NCBI GenBank assembly: GCA_027297685.1
Contig: JAPUHN010000136.1
Coordinates: 1 to 43,596, forward strand
Length of the DNA: 43,596 bases
Origin: Alphaproteobacteria bacterium
Lineage (GTDB): Bacteria > Pseudomonadota > Alphaproteobacteria > UBA6615
Reading direction: 5' to 3'
Position numbers and translations under genes: made by a program. Shown here piece by piece: positions 1-10,032 of this stretch. Under the pieces are notes generated by a model that saw only the letters and a program-made list of their open reading frames with translations, did not search any database and was not told the origin of the DNA. Each line of letters begins with the position of its first letter. Position 1 is the stretch's first letter.

Positions 1-1
1 C

Positions 2-202
2 GCTGCCGCCCGGCGCGACACGCCCGACCTCGAAGCGAATATCGCCAAGGGCGAATTTTCCCCGCTCATGGGGTGGCTGGGCCAGCACGTCCATTCGCAG
101 GGTTCGCGCGTGGCCGCCGACGATCTGCTGACCGCGGCAACCGGCGCGCCGCTCGATCCCGCCCTGTTCGAGCAACATCTGCACGAGCGCTATCTGAACT
201 AG
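2..202 (+). CDS. Carboxypeptidase M32 (Taq-type), C-terminal part only; runs off the left edge
   Basis: Frame 2 reads AAARRDTPDLEANIAKGEFSPLMGWLGQHVHSQGSRVAADDLLTAATGAPLDPALFEQHLHERYLN*, which resembles M32 C-termini; not in the ORF track because the start is missing. Confidence 0.8.
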   Translation, partial: AAARRDTPDLEANIAKGEFSPLMGWLGQHVHSQGSRVAADDLLTAATGAPLDPALFEQHLHERYLN

Positions 203-245
203 CGTTGCGTCTGTTTTTTCTCTCAGTATAGGACCAAGGATCTTA

Positions 246-266
246 CCCTCTCCCGGTGGGAGAGGG
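246..266. repeat. REP-like palindrome CCCTCTCCC-GGT-GGGAGAGGG
   Basis: Perfect 9-bp inverted repeat between genes; related motifs at 7358-7462 and 15691-15752. Confidence 0.7.
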
Positions 267-349
267 GCTTAAATCGGCGTTCAAGCGGGTGGTTGTGACG
301 CCGGGGCCCATTGGATAGGTTAGCGCGCCCAACCAGGAGCGGTTTTTTA

Positions 350-1741
350 TTGCGCTATATCAGTACTAGAGGAGCGGCGCCGGCGCTCGGTTTCGAGGAC
401 GTCGTCTTGACCGGGCTTGCCCGTGACGGTGGCCTTTATATTCCCAAGCAGTGGTCGCCGGTATCGCCCGGCGATATCCGCGCGTTTGCCGGTGCAAACT
501 ATGCCGACACCGCCTATCGGGTAATGCGCCCCTATATCGAAGAAGCGTGTATCGGCGACGCGGCGCTGCGCACGCTGATCGGCGAGACCTATGGTGTGTT
601 TGACGATGCGGCGGTGGCGCCGCTACGCCAACTCGATGGCGAGACATGGCTACTCGAGCTGTTCCACGGCCCGACCCTGGCGTTCAAAGATTTTGCTCTG
701 CAGTTCCTCGGCCGCATGTTCGAGCATATCCTGGCCAAGCACGACCGGCGGATTACCATTGTCGGCGCGACTTCGGGCGACACCGGTTCGGCGGCGATCG
801 AGGCGTGCCAGGGGCGCGAAAACCTCGATATCTTCATGCTGCATCCGGCCGGCCGGGTCTCCGACGTGCAGCGCCGTCAGATGACCACGGTGCTAGCGGC
901 GAACGTCCATAATATCGCGATCTCGGGCACCTTCGACGACTGCCAGGACTTGGTCAAAGGCATGTTCAACGATCAGCCGTTTCGCGACGCGATGAGCCTG
1001 TCGGCAGTGAACTCGATCAACTGGGCGCGGGTAATGGCGCAGATCGTCTACTACTTCACCGCCGCGGCGCAATTGGGGGCGCCCGGCCAGCGGATTTCGT
1101 TCGTCGTGCCGACCGGCAATTTCGGTAACGTGTATGCCGGGTACGCGGCGCACAAGATGGGCTTGACCGACGCCAAATTGATCGTGGCGACGAACCAGAA
1201 CGATATCCTGACGCGGTTTTTCGAGGCCGGCGACATGTCGCTCGCCCCGGTGCGCCCGTCTTTCTCACCGAGTATGGATATCCAGATATCGAGCAACTTC
1301 GAACGCCTGCTGTTCGACCTTTTCGAGCGGGACGGCGCGGCGGTTGCCGATGCAATTGGGAAGTTCCGCGAGACCGGAACGCTGCCGGACGGCGAGAAGC
1401 TTCGGGCGGCGGCGGGTTCGGTGTTTTCCGGCTTTCGTACGGTCGAGGCCGAAACTTTGGCGGCAATCCGCGAGACCTACCAGACCAGCGGTGTTTTGGT
1501 CGATCCCCATACCGCAGTGGGTCTCGGCGCTGTGCGGCAGATCAGCGCGAACGGTTCGAGGCGTATCGTGCTGGCAACCGCCCATCCGGCCAAATTCCCC
1601 GAAGCGGTGGAACAAGCAACCGGCATTCGGCCCACGTTACCGGCGCACTTGGCCGACCTGTTCGACCGCGAAGAGAGATGTGAGACGCTCGCCAACGATC
1701 TTGCGGCGGTGCAAACTTATGTACGTGACAAGGTGCAGTGA
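350..1741 (+). CDS. thrC: Threonine synthase
   Basis: MRYISTRG N-terminus from TTG at 350 with AGGAG at 335-339; ELFHGPTLAFKD PLP-lysine motif; ATSGDTG, NSINWAR, PTGNFGN. Confidence 0.96.
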   Translation: MRYISTRGAAPALGFEDVVLTGLARDGGLYIPKQWSPVSPGDIRAFAGANYADTAYRVMRPYIEEACIGDAALRTLIGETYGVFDDAAVAPLRQLDGETWLLELFHGPTLAFKDFALQFLGRMFEHILAKHDRRITIVGATSGDTGSAAIEACQGRENLDIFMLHPAGRVSDVQRRQMTTVLAANVHNIAISGTFDDCQDLVKGMFNDQPFRDAMSLSAVNSINWARVMAQIVYYFTAAAQLGAPGQRISFVVPTGNFGNVYAGYAAHKMGLTDAKLIVATNQNDILTRFFEAGDMSLAPVRPSFSPSMDIQISSNFERLLFDLFERDGAAVADAIGKFRETGTLPDGEKLRAAAGSVFSGFRTVEAETLAAIRETYQTSGVLVDPHTAVGLGAVRQISANGSRRIVLATAHPAKFPEAVEQATGIRPTLPAHLADLFDREERCETLANDLAAVQTYVRDKVQ

Positions 1742-1774
1742 GCAGACTAAAATTTCTCCTAAGGCTTTGATTTT

Positions 1775-3037
1775 ATGCGTGATATTCAGATAAGTACACT
1801 GTCGAACGGACTGCGGGTCGTGACCGACCGCATGCCGACAGTCGAATCCGTCTCGCTGGGTGTATGGGTGCGCGCCGGTACGCGCTACGAGGCGCCCCAG
1901 GTAAATGGGGTTGCCCATTTGCTCGAGCACATGATGTTCAAAGGCACAAGTCGGCGCAGCGCCCGTGAGATCGCCGAACAAATCGAAACGGTCGGAGGCA
2001 GCATAAACGCCTACACCTCGCGCGAGACGACGGCCTACTACGCTAAAGTGTTGAAAAACGATGCCGGGCTCGCCATTGATGTGCTGTCCGACATTGTGCA
2101 GCATTCGCTCGTCGACGATGTCGAATTGGGTCGCGAACGATCGGTCGTGCTGCAGGAAATCGGTCAGGCCCACGATACGCCGGACGATGTCGTATTCGAT
2201 CATTTCCAATCGACCGCCTTTCCCGATCAGCCGCTGGGCAGGCCGGTATTGGGTAAAACCGAAATCGTCGCCGCCATGTCGCGCGACGCGATTGTCGGCT
2301 TCCACGACGAGCATTACCGGACCTCGCGCATGGTCGTCGCTGCCGCCGGCAATATTGAGCACGACCAAATGGTGGATCACGCCGAGCTGGTGTTCGGCGA
2401 TTTGCAAAATGGCGACGAGCTAGTGCCGAACGATGCCGTCTACAATGGCGGCGAGTACCGCGAGGCGCGGGACCTGGAGCAGATCCACTTGGTTCTCGGA
2501 TTTCGCGGTGCGCCGATCGGCACGCCGGAGTTTTACACCCTATCGGTGCTCTCCAACCTGTTCGGCGGCGGAATGTCGTCGCGGTTGTTCCAAGAAATCC
2601 GCGAGGAGCGTGGCCTCGTCTACTCGATCGATACCTTCATGTCGGCGTTTGCCGACACCGGACTGTTCGGCGTCTACGCTGGTACCGGCACCGGGCAGAT
2701 CGGGGAAATGATCCCGGCGCTGTGCGATCAGATCACCGGGCTGGCCGACAGTCTGCGCGACGACGAGGTAATCCGGGCCCGTGCGCAGCTCAAATCGAGC
2801 TTGCTGATGGCGCTGGAATCGTCCGGAGCGCGATGCGAGCAGGTGGCGCAACATCTGTTGATCTTTGGCCGGGTTTTACCGATCGACGAGATGGTGGCGC
2901 GGATCGACGCAATCGATGCCGAACAAATCGGCGCGTTAGCGCGGCAGATATTCTCGAACCCTCCCGTTCTGGCGGCGGTCGGTCCGTTGGATAACCTCGA
3001 GCCCTTCGACACCATCACGCGGCGTCTTGCCGCGTAA
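1775..3037 (+). CDS. M16B zinc peptidase (mitochondrial processing peptidase-like)
   Basis: Inverted zinc motif HLLEH, NAYTSRE, GGGMSSRLFQEIRE. Confidence 0.93.
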   Translation: MRDIQISTLSNGLRVVTDRMPTVESVSLGVWVRAGTRYEAPQVNGVAHLLEHMMFKGTSRRSAREIAEQIETVGGSINAYTSRETTAYYAKVLKNDAGLAIDVLSDIVQHSLVDDVELGRERSVVLQEIGQAHDTPDDVVFDHFQSTAFPDQPLGRPVLGKTEIVAAMSRDAIVGFHDEHYRTSRMVVAAAGNIEHDQMVDHAELVFGDLQNGDELVPNDAVYNGGEYREARDLEQIHLVLGFRGAPIGTPEFYTLSVLSNLFGGGMSSRLFQEIREERGLVYSIDTFMSAFADTGLFGVYAGTGTGQIGEMIPALCDQITGLADSLRDDEVIRARAQLKSSLLMALESSGARCEQVAQHLLIFGRVLPIDEMVARIDAIDAEQIGALARQIFSNPPVLAAVGPLDNLEPFDTITRRLAA

Positions 3038-3059
3038 CGCCGGAGCATACTGTCGACCT

Positions 3060-3659
3060 ATGCGCTTGTTTCGCAACCTAACCTCGCCGGCCGGCCATGT
3101 TCGCCTCAACGGCGGCAAAGTCTATCTCCGGTCGCCGACGGAACGGGACTGGCGCGCCTATGTAGAAGTTCGTGCGGCCAGCCGGAAGTTCCTCGAACCG
3201 TGGGAACCGACATGGCCGCCGGATGCCTTGGGCCGTGAGGCCTATTTCCGCCGCCTCAACCGCTACGCCGCGGACTGGCGCGACGGTGTGGGGCACAGTT
3301 TTTTCATCTTTGGCAACGACGACAACGCCTTGCTCGGCGGCATTAGTATGTCGAACGTGCGCCGTGGCGTCGCCCAGTGCGGAACCCTGGGATACTGGAT
3401 TGGCGAGCCGCACGCCCGCCAAGGTTATATGAACGAAGCGCTGCGGCTTATTATCGAGTTCTGTTTTGGCCAACTAGGGCTGCATCGCATTGAAGCGGCC
3501 TGTTTGCCGCATAACGATGCGAGCCAGAAACTGTTGCAGAGAGCTGACTTTACGCAGGATGGTTATGCACGTAAGTATTTGAAAATACGTGGCGAATGGC
3601 AAGACCATTTGTTGTATTCGCTGCTTGCCGAAGATCACAAGTCGACGTCCCCCGAATAA
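3060..3659 (+). CDS. rimJ: GNAT N-acetyltransferase, RimJ-like
   Basis: FLEPWEP, LGYWIG..ARQGYM, LHRIEAACLPHN..S, YLKI.GEWQDH; ATG at 3060 preferred. Confidence 0.85.
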   Translation: MRLFRNLTSPAGHVRLNGGKVYLRSPTERDWRAYVEVRAASRKFLEPWEPTWPPDALGREAYFRRLNRYAADWRDGVGHSFFIFGNDDNALLGGISMSNVRRGVAQCGTLGYWIGEPHARQGYMNEALRLIIEFCFGQLGLHRIEAACLPHNDASQKLLQRADFTQDGYARKYLKIRGEWQDHLLYSLLAEDHKSTSPE

Positions 3660-3758
3660 CTTCTGGATTTAATGCCGTTCGCTGGCGCCACGGTCGACAT
3701 CAGATTAGATCCCACCTAACAGGATACTGCACTGGCGCAGCTGGAATGCGGACGGGGA

Positions 3759-4334
3759 TCAAGCGCGGCCGGCGCTGCCTGACAGAGAAGAAATGTCGAC
3801 GCCGATGCTGTTCAGGGCGCGATTCCATTTGGTCTCGACATCGCCGTCGAACACCAGGGCCTCGTCGAACGGTGCATGCAGCCAGGCATTTTCGCTGAAT
3901 TCGAATTCCAACTGGCCCGGCCCCCATCCAGCATAGCCGAGCGCCAGCATGGTGCTTTTAGGGCCGTTGCCTTCGGCCAGCTCTTTGAGGATGTCGAGCG
4001 TTGCCGTTAACGCGACGTGATCGTCGACCACAACGGTACCTTTGCCGACATATTCGGCCGTGTGCAGTACAAAGCCCCGTTGAGATTCAACTGGACCACC
4101 GAAATGAATATTCAATTTCGGCGATGTCTCCGCTGGTGTGATTTCCAATTGGGTAAGAAGCCCGCGGAAGTCGATTTCATCGAACAACTTATTTACCACC
4201 AACCCCATTGCGCCATCCGAATTGTGGGTGCACACATAAATCACCGAGCGTTCGAAGCGCGGATCGGTCATCGCCGGCATGGCGATCAGCAGTTTCCCTT
4301 CGAGAAAAGCAGACTCTGTTGAACTATCTTGCAT
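3759..4334 (-). CDS. YqgE/AlgH family protein (UPF0301)
   Basis: LLIAMP.M.DPRF.RSV, GGPV, LGYAGWGPGQLE, C-terminal AGRA. Confidence 0.92.
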   Translation of the reverse strand: MQDSSTESAFLEGKLLIAMPAMTDPRFERSVIYVCTHNSDGAMGLVVNKLFDEIDFRGLLTQLEITPAETSPKLNIHFGGPVESQRGFVLHTAEYVGKGTVVVDDHVALTATLDILKELAEGNGPKSTMLALGYAGWGPGQLEFEFSENAWLHAPFDEALVFDGDVETKWNRALNSIGVDISSLSGSAGRA

Positions 4335-4529
4335 CGCGATTACTGTGTTTAACCTGTAAATTTCATCAGTTCTTAAGGTGCTGGCAAGCGATAATCGGCT
4401 GTAATTCCGACACGTGATTGTGACGAAAGGGTGATCGATCGACCGTTATACTTCGCCACTGCATTACCCATATATCAACCCTAAATCGGTATTCGTTCGG
4501 TTAATAAAAACGGGGCTGGAAAAATTTTA

Positions 4530-6680
4530 ATGTTGAAACGCCTACTATCCGCTTCGCAGTTTGGTTTACTGGCTCTGATTGCAGTAGGTTTTCTGCCGCA
4601 AATGGCCCATGGCGACGAAGCCGCAAGCGCGTGGGAGAAGGGTCCAAAGGCCGAGGTGCGGCTGATCGCCGCGACGACGGCCGTTGGTGAGCTCGAAGCC
4701 ATTCCGCTGGGGATCGAAGTCAAACTGCAGCCCGGCTGGAAAACTTATTGGCGCTCGCCCGGCGATGCCGGTATACCGCCCCAGGTCGACTTTACCGGCA
4801 GTTCCAACGTTGCCTCAACGGAGTTTCGCTGGCCGGTCCCGACGCGCTTTCAGTATTACGACCTCGAGACGTTCGGCTACAGCAAGGAAGTGGTCTTTCC
4901 CATAGACGTGGAGCTCGAGCGACCCGGCGAGCCCGCGATGTTGCGCGCCCGCGTCGATATGCTGATCTGCGACGATGTGTGCATCCCCCATACGATGAAC
5001 GTATCGCTCGATCTGCCGGCAGGTCCCGCAGCGCCGTCAGACCACGTAAATGTGATCAACCAGTATAGCGCCCGGGTGCCCGGCGACGGCACTGGCGTCG
5101 GGTTGTCGTTCGAAGCCGCCTCGTTCAGCGGATCGAATACCAATCCGCTGCTCGAAGTCGCATTTCGCGGTGCGGTTCCTTTCGTCAATCCCGACCTTCT
5201 GATCGAGGGCTCGGAGGATCACGCTTTTTCGAGGCCCGAATTCCAGATCACCGACGGTGGCATGTTGGCGATTGCGCGTGTAAGCGCGGAAGACATTTTC
5301 GGTGACGGCGCGCCAGTCGACTTGGCCGCACAACCGGTCACGCTGACGCTGTTCGATGGCAACCGCAGCATTGAAACGCAAGTGACCCCGACGCCCGGGC
5401 CGCTCGCCGTCGATGGCGCGACGATGCATTACGTAACGCTGTTGTCGATTGTCGGCCTGGCGTTGATCGGTGGCTTAATTCTAAACCTGATGCCCTGCGT
5501 TTTGCCGGTGCTCTCCATCAAGCTGCTGTCGGTGGTCAGTCACGGTGGTGGAGATCCGAAGCAGGTACGGCTCGGTTTCTTGGCGACGACGGCCGGCATC
5601 GTCGTATCGTTTCTTGCGCTGGCGACATTGGCCGTGGGTGTCAAAGCGGCGGGTCTTGCGGTCGGCTGGGGAATCCAGTTCCAGCATCCGGTATTCATCA
5701 TCGCTATTGTGGTGATCTTGACGCTGTTCGCAGCCAACATGTGGGGGCTGTTCGAGATCAATCTTCCCGGCCAGGTGTCCGATGTTGCGGTCAAGGCGAG
5801 TGGCGGTACGTCGCTGAGGGGCAACTTTTTTCAAGGCGCTTTTGCGACCCTGCTGGCGACACCTTGCACGGCGCCCTTCCTTGGCACGTCCATTGGGTTT
5901 GCGTTGAGCCGTGGGGCGATTGAAATCTATGCGGTATTTGCCGCACTGGGCGTTGGCATGGCGATGCCGTTCATTCTCGTTGCCATATTCCCGGTGTTGG
6001 CGACCAAGCTGCCGCGGCCGGGACCGTGGATGAACTGGCTCAAGAAGTTCCTGGCGCTGGCTCTGGTCGCGACGGCGGTATGGCTGTTGTCGGTTATGGG
6101 GTTCCAGGTTTCCGCGACGGCTGCGTTCGTCGTCGGTGCGCTGATGGCCGCTATCGCGGTGCTGTTCGCGGTTCGGCGCTACGTAACGCCCTCCATGATG
6201 CGCGCGGTGCCGGCGGCAATAGTTATTGTCATCGCCGGCGCCTTTGCGACACCGGCGACTCTGTCGGCCTTGAACCTGAACGGCGACGACGCGCCGCGGG
6301 CGCTCGCATCCGATTGGCGGCCCTTTGACCAGGCGGCGATTCCACAATTGGTGGCGGCCGGCAACGTGGTGTTTGTCGATGTAACCGCCGAGTGGTGCAT
6401 CACCTGCCAAGTGAACAAGAGGCGGGTCCTTCAAACCGGCGACGTTGCCGGTGTGCTCAATAGTTCGAAAGTCATCATGATGCGGGCCGATTGGACCAAG
6501 CCGAACAACCAGATCGCCAACTATCTGGCGAGCTTCAATCGCTTCGGTATTCCGTTCAACGTGATCTATGGTCCGAACTCACCGAGCGGTATCGTGTTGC
6601 CGGAACTGTTGAGCAAGGGCGCCGTTTTCGCCGGGCTCGAGAAGGCCGGATTTAGCGCCGACGTCGCCTCGGCCAACTAA
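4530..6680 (+). CDS. DsbD/ScsB-like transmembrane disulfide reductase
   Basis: Signal peptide; N-domain WKTYWRSPGDAG and CDDVC; membrane domain with MPCVLP and TPCTAP; C-terminal thioredoxin WCITC. Confidence 0.9.
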   Translation: MLKRLLSASQFGLLALIAVGFLPQMAHGDEAASAWEKGPKAEVRLIAATTAVGELEAIPLGIEVKLQPGWKTYWRSPGDAGIPPQVDFTGSSNVASTEFRWPVPTRFQYYDLETFGYSKEVVFPIDVELERPGEPAMLRARVDMLICDDVCIPHTMNVSLDLPAGPAAPSDHVNVINQYSARVPGDGTGVGLSFEAASFSGSNTNPLLEVAFRGAVPFVNPDLLIEGSEDHAFSRPEFQITDGGMLAIARVSAEDIFGDGAPVDLAAQPVTLTLFDGNRSIETQVTPTPGPLAVDGATMHYVTLLSIVGLALIGGLILNLMPCVLPVLSIKLLSVVSHGGGDPKQVRLGFLATTAGIVVSFLALATLAVGVKAAGLAVGWGIQFQHPVFIIAIVVILTLFAANMWGLFEINLPGQVSDVAVKASGGTSLRGNFFQGAFATLLATPCTAPFLGTSIGFALSRGAIEIYAVFAALGVGMAMPFILVAIFPVLATKLPRPGPWMNWLKKFLALALVATAVWLLSVMGFQVSATAAFVVGALMAAIAVLFAVRRYVTPSMMRAVPAAIVIVIAGAFATPATLSALNLNGDDAPRALASDWRPFDQAAIPQLVAAGNVVFVDVTAEWCITCQVNKRRVLQTGDVAGVLNSSKVIMMRADWTKPNNQIANYLASFNRFGIPFNVIYGPNSPSGIVLPELLSKGAVFAGLEKAGFSADVASAN

Positions 6681-6832
6681 TTTTTGCCTAAATAGCTGGC
6701 GCGGACTGGAATATTCCAGCAACTGCTATATCTTCTAATCGAAGCAACTATGGTTTTTGGTGTTCGCCGTAGCGTCGCCGCAATGTAAGCCAAATTCTAC
6801 TTGATAAATTCAAACTCAGAGAGGGGAGAACA

Positions 6833-7315
6833 ATGGCGATTAATGTTGGGGACAAGGTTCCTGAGGGAGCGCTGGGGCATAAAACGGCGGACGGCATCAC
6901 ACCGGTTTCCACCGACGAGTTGTTCGGCGGCAAAAAAGTCGTGCTGTTCTCGGTACCGGGCGCCTTTACGCCGACTTGTTCGGCTAAACACCTTCCGGGT
7001 TTCGTCCAGCAGGCCGCCGCGATCAAGGCGAAGGGCGTCGATACCATTGCTTGCATGGCGGTGAACGACCCGTTTGTCATGGAAGCCTGGGGTAAGGATC
7101 AGGATGTCGGCGATGCGGTATTGATGTTGGCCGATGGTTCGGCCACCTATGCCAAGGAGCTAGGTCTTGAACTCGATCTTAATGCCATGGGCTTGGGCAC
7201 CCGCAGCCAGCGCTTTGCCATGATCGTCGACGATGGAACGGTGACCGAATTGATGATCGATCCCGGCGGTGAGTTCGGCGCGACATCGGCGGAAAGCGTC
7301 CTCGAGAAACTGTAA
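6833..7315 (+). CDS. Peroxiredoxin, Prx5 family
   Basis: PGAFTPTCS peroxidatic motif, VNDPFVM.AW, RSQRFAM; GA-rich RBS. Confidence 0.93.
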   Translation: MAINVGDKVPEGALGHKTADGITPVSTDELFGGKKVVLFSVPGAFTPTCSAKHLPGFVQQAAAIKAKGVDTIACMAVNDPFVMEAWGKDQDVGDAVLMLADGSATYAKELGLELDLNAMGLGTRSQRFAMIVDDGTVTELMIDPGGEFGATSAESVLEKL

Positions 7316-7357
7316 CCGGTTACCTGCTTAGGCGGGAAGAGGTAAGCCTTCGGCTTC

Positions 7358-7462
7358 ACCCCCACCTAAATCTTCCCACATTAAGGGGGAGGACTTTAAC
7401 GATTGTGTCGGCCACCTCCATAACTCCCTCCCCCCTTGTGGGGGTGGTATGGGGTGGGGGGT
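7358..7462. repeat. About 105-bp degenerate palindromic intergenic element (CIR/RIME/REP-like)
   Basis: Left arm ACCCCCACCTAAATCTTCCCACATTAAGGGGGAGG and right arm CTCCCTCCCCCCTTGTGGGGGTGGTATGGGGTGGGGGGT are roughly complementary to each other and each is self-complementary; lies between convergent genes. Confidence 0.7.
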
Positions 7463-7481
7463 CGTCAAAAAAAACCCCGGT

Positions 7482-7940
7482 TCACATTTTTGCGGCGTTG
7501 CGTTTTTGGCGCATGGCGAGTCCTGCCAACATATCGGCGCGTTCGTTTTCAGCATGGCCGGCGTGGCCCTTGATCCAATGCCAATGAACGTCATGCGGCT
7601 CGATTACCGTTTCCAGGCGCTGCCACAAATCGACATTCTTGACAGGCTTTTTGCTCGCCGTTCTCCAGCCGTTTGCCTTCCAGTTTTGGATCCATTTTGT
7701 AATCCCGTCGCGCAGATAGGTGCTGTCGGTATGGATGTTCGCGTGCGCCGGCCGCTTCAGGCACTCCAGCGCCATGATCGCAGCAGTCATCTCCATGCGG
7801 TTGTTGGTGGTCTCCAGTTCGCCGCCCATCAACTCGCTCTCATGGTCGTTGTACCGCAGCAATGCGCCCCAGCCGCCGGGTCCCGGATTGCCCGAGCACG
7901 CACCATCGGTATAAATGTCGACAACGGGAAGATCGCTCAT
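7482..7940 (-). CDS. rnhA: Ribonuclease HI
   Basis: [43 protein letters not shown]. Confidence 0.97.
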   Translation of the reverse strand: MSDLPVVDIYTDGACSGNPGPGGWGALLRYNDHESELMGGELETTNNRMEMTAAIMALECLKRPAHANIHTDSTYLRDGITKWIQNWKANGWRTASKKPVKNVDLWQRLETVIEPHDVHWHWIKGHAGHAENERADMLAGLAMRQKRNAAKM

Positions 7941-8935
7941 GCGCCTGCCAGCGCCTCGTCGAGCCCATAGGCGCCGGGCCCACTAACCTGTTGATGGAAG
8001 CGCAACCGGGCCAAGAACTCCAAAGGGTCCTTGGGCCGCACCAGCGCGCCATCATCATGGTGGAGTTTGTCGTACAAGCGGGTTAGTAGAAAACGCAGTG
8101 CGCTGCCGCGCGCCAACAGGGGTAGCGCTGCGAACTCCGCCGCGTTCAAGGGGCGAATTTCGGCATACCGACGCAGCAGCGTACGCGCCTTGGTGATATT
8201 GAAACTGCCATCGGGCTCGAAACACCAAGCGTTTAGGCAGACCGCAAGGTCGTAGGCTAAAAAGTCGTCGCAGGCGAAGTAAAAGTCGATCAGACCGGAC
8301 AGTTCGTCGCCGAGAAAGAAGACATTGTCGGGGAATAGATCGGCGTGGATCACCCCTTTTGGCAGATCTTTCGGCCAATTCGCTGACAAGTAGTCCAGCT
8401 CCGTGGTCAACGTGTCCGCCAAACCGGGACGAATTTCGTGCGCGCGCGCGCGCGAAGCTTCGAGTAGCTTTCGCCAGCCGTCAATCGACATATCGTTGGC
8501 GCGGTGCATCTCGAAATCGGCGCCGGCGACGTGCATTTTCGCCAGCGCCGTACCGAGGGCGGCACACTGTTGCGGTGTGCTGCGCTTGGGCCACATGCCG
8601 GACAGAAACGACACGATGACCGCCGGTTTGCCGCACAATTGCCGCAGGGCAGCGCCGTCGCGACCATGTATTGGCGTCGGGCAGGAAATACCGTGCGCCG
8701 CCAAATGCTCCAATAGGGCCAGGAAGAAAGGCAAATCTTCCGGGCTGACGCGCTTTTCGTACAGGGTCAGAATATAGCTATCGGGTGCCGTGGCGCCGTC
8801 CTGCAGCGCCTGCAGTAGATAGTTGGTATTCTCGACCCCTTCGGCGATACCCTTGCACGAAACGAACTCGCCCAGATCGTACTGGGCGGCGAAGGCCTGC
8901 AAATCTTCGTCGGAAACCTCGGTGTAGACGGCCAT
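7937..8935 (-). CDS. thrB: Homoserine kinase type II (APH-fold)
   Basis: [44 protein letters not shown]; ispH-thrB-rnhA order. Confidence 0.95.
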   Translation of the reverse strand: MAVYTEVSDEDLQAFAAQYDLGEFVSCKGIAEGVENTNYLLQALQDGATAPDSYILTLYEKRVSPEDLPFFLALLEHLAAHGISCPTPIHGRDGAALRQLCGKPAVIVSFLSGMWPKRSTPQQCAALGTALAKMHVAGADFEMHRANDMSIDGWRKLLEASRARAHEIRPGLADTLTTELDYLSANWPKDLPKGVIHADLFPDNVFFLGDELSGLIDFYFACDDFLAYDLAVCLNAWCFEPDGSFNITKARTLLRRYAEIRPLNAAEFAALPLLARGSALRFLLTRLYDKLHHDDGALVRPKDPLEFLARLRFHQQVSGPGAYGLDEALAGA

Positions 8936-8951
8936 CTATTCGACAATCGGG

Positions 8952-9896
8952 TCAGGCAACGAGTATGCGCGGCAGGTTGAAGCTCACATCTTCTTGGCGC
9001 ACCGAGATTTCCTCGATTTTCACTTCGAAACGCTCGCGGCAGGCCGAGATGAATTCTTCCACCAGTTCCTCCGGCGCCGATGCTCCCGCGGTAATGCCTA
9101 TAGTCATATGACCTTCGAGGCGGTCCCAATTCATCGAACCGGCGCGTTCGACCAGATACGCGTTGGCGCAGCCAGCGCGCAGCGCGACCTCGACCAGCCG
9201 GTTGGAATTCGAGGAATTCGGCGCGCCAATAACGACCATTACATCGCACCGTTTAGCAATTGCCTTTACCGCATCCTGGCGGTTCGTCGTCGCATAGCAA
9301 ATGTCTTCCGAGCGCGGCGAGATGATCTCGGGGAAGCGCTGCGTGAGGGCGGCGACAATACTGGCGGTATCGTCTACCGAAAGCGTGGTCTGGGTCACCA
9401 AGGCAAGCTTGCCGGGGTCTGCGATATCGAGAGTGGCGACATCGCCTTCGTTCTCGACCAACAGAATAGCACCCGCGGGCAACTGTCCCATGGTGCCGAC
9501 CACCTCGGGGTGGCCGTCATGTCCGATCATGACGATCTGGCGGCCGGCCTTGTATTGGTACAGCGCCTCATTGTGCACCTTGCTGACCAACGGACAAGTC
9601 GCGTCGATATAGAACAACTGACGTCGCTCGGCTTCTGCCGGGACCGTCTTGGGCACGCCGTGGGCAGAAAAAATTACCTTTCCGGAATCGGGTACTTGAT
9701 CGAGCTCGTCGACGAACACCGCACCTTTACGTTCCAGATCTTCGACCACGTGCCGGTTGTGCACGATTTCATGGCGAACGTAGATCGGCGGGCCGTAACG
9801 CTCGAGGGCGGTCTCGACAATTTGGATTGCCCTGTCCACCCCGGCGCAAAATCCGCGCGGGCTGGCGAGCAAAATGGTCAACGGGGGTTGCGTCAT
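8952..9896 (-). CDS. ispH: 4-hydroxy-3-methylbut-2-enyl diphosphate reductase
   Basis: [24 protein letters not shown] (three cluster cysteines), SSNS, TAGASAP. Confidence 0.97.
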   Translation of the reverse strand: MTQPPLTILLASPRGFCAGVDRAIQIVETALERYGPPIYVRHEIVHNRHVVEDLERKGAVFVDELDQVPDSGKVIFSAHGVPKTVPAEAERRQLFYIDATCPLVSKVHNEALYQYKAGRQIVMIGHDGHPEVVGTMGQLPAGAILLVENEGDVATLDIADPGKLALVTQTTLSVDDTASIVAALTQRFPEIISPRSEDICYATTNRQDAVKAIAKRCDVMVVIGAPNSSNSNRLVEVALRAGCANAYLVERAGSMNWDRLEGHMTIGITAGASAPEELVEEFISACRERFEVKIEEISVRQEDVSFNLPRILVA

Positions 9897-10032
9897 TGTT
9901 TTTGCATTCGATTGCTGCAGTGGCGCTTGTTCTGACCGCGCGCCTCTACTAAGTTTCTCGCCTCACGCGGCGTCGTGTGCACCCTAATATCCCAGCACCG
10001 CAGCCGCATGCAAGGCGTGGAGGAATGCGGTT

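Noticed and set aside
6801-6814. FNR/FixK-like site TTGATAAATTCAAA upstream of prx
   Set aside because: Does not fit TTGAT-N4-ATCAA
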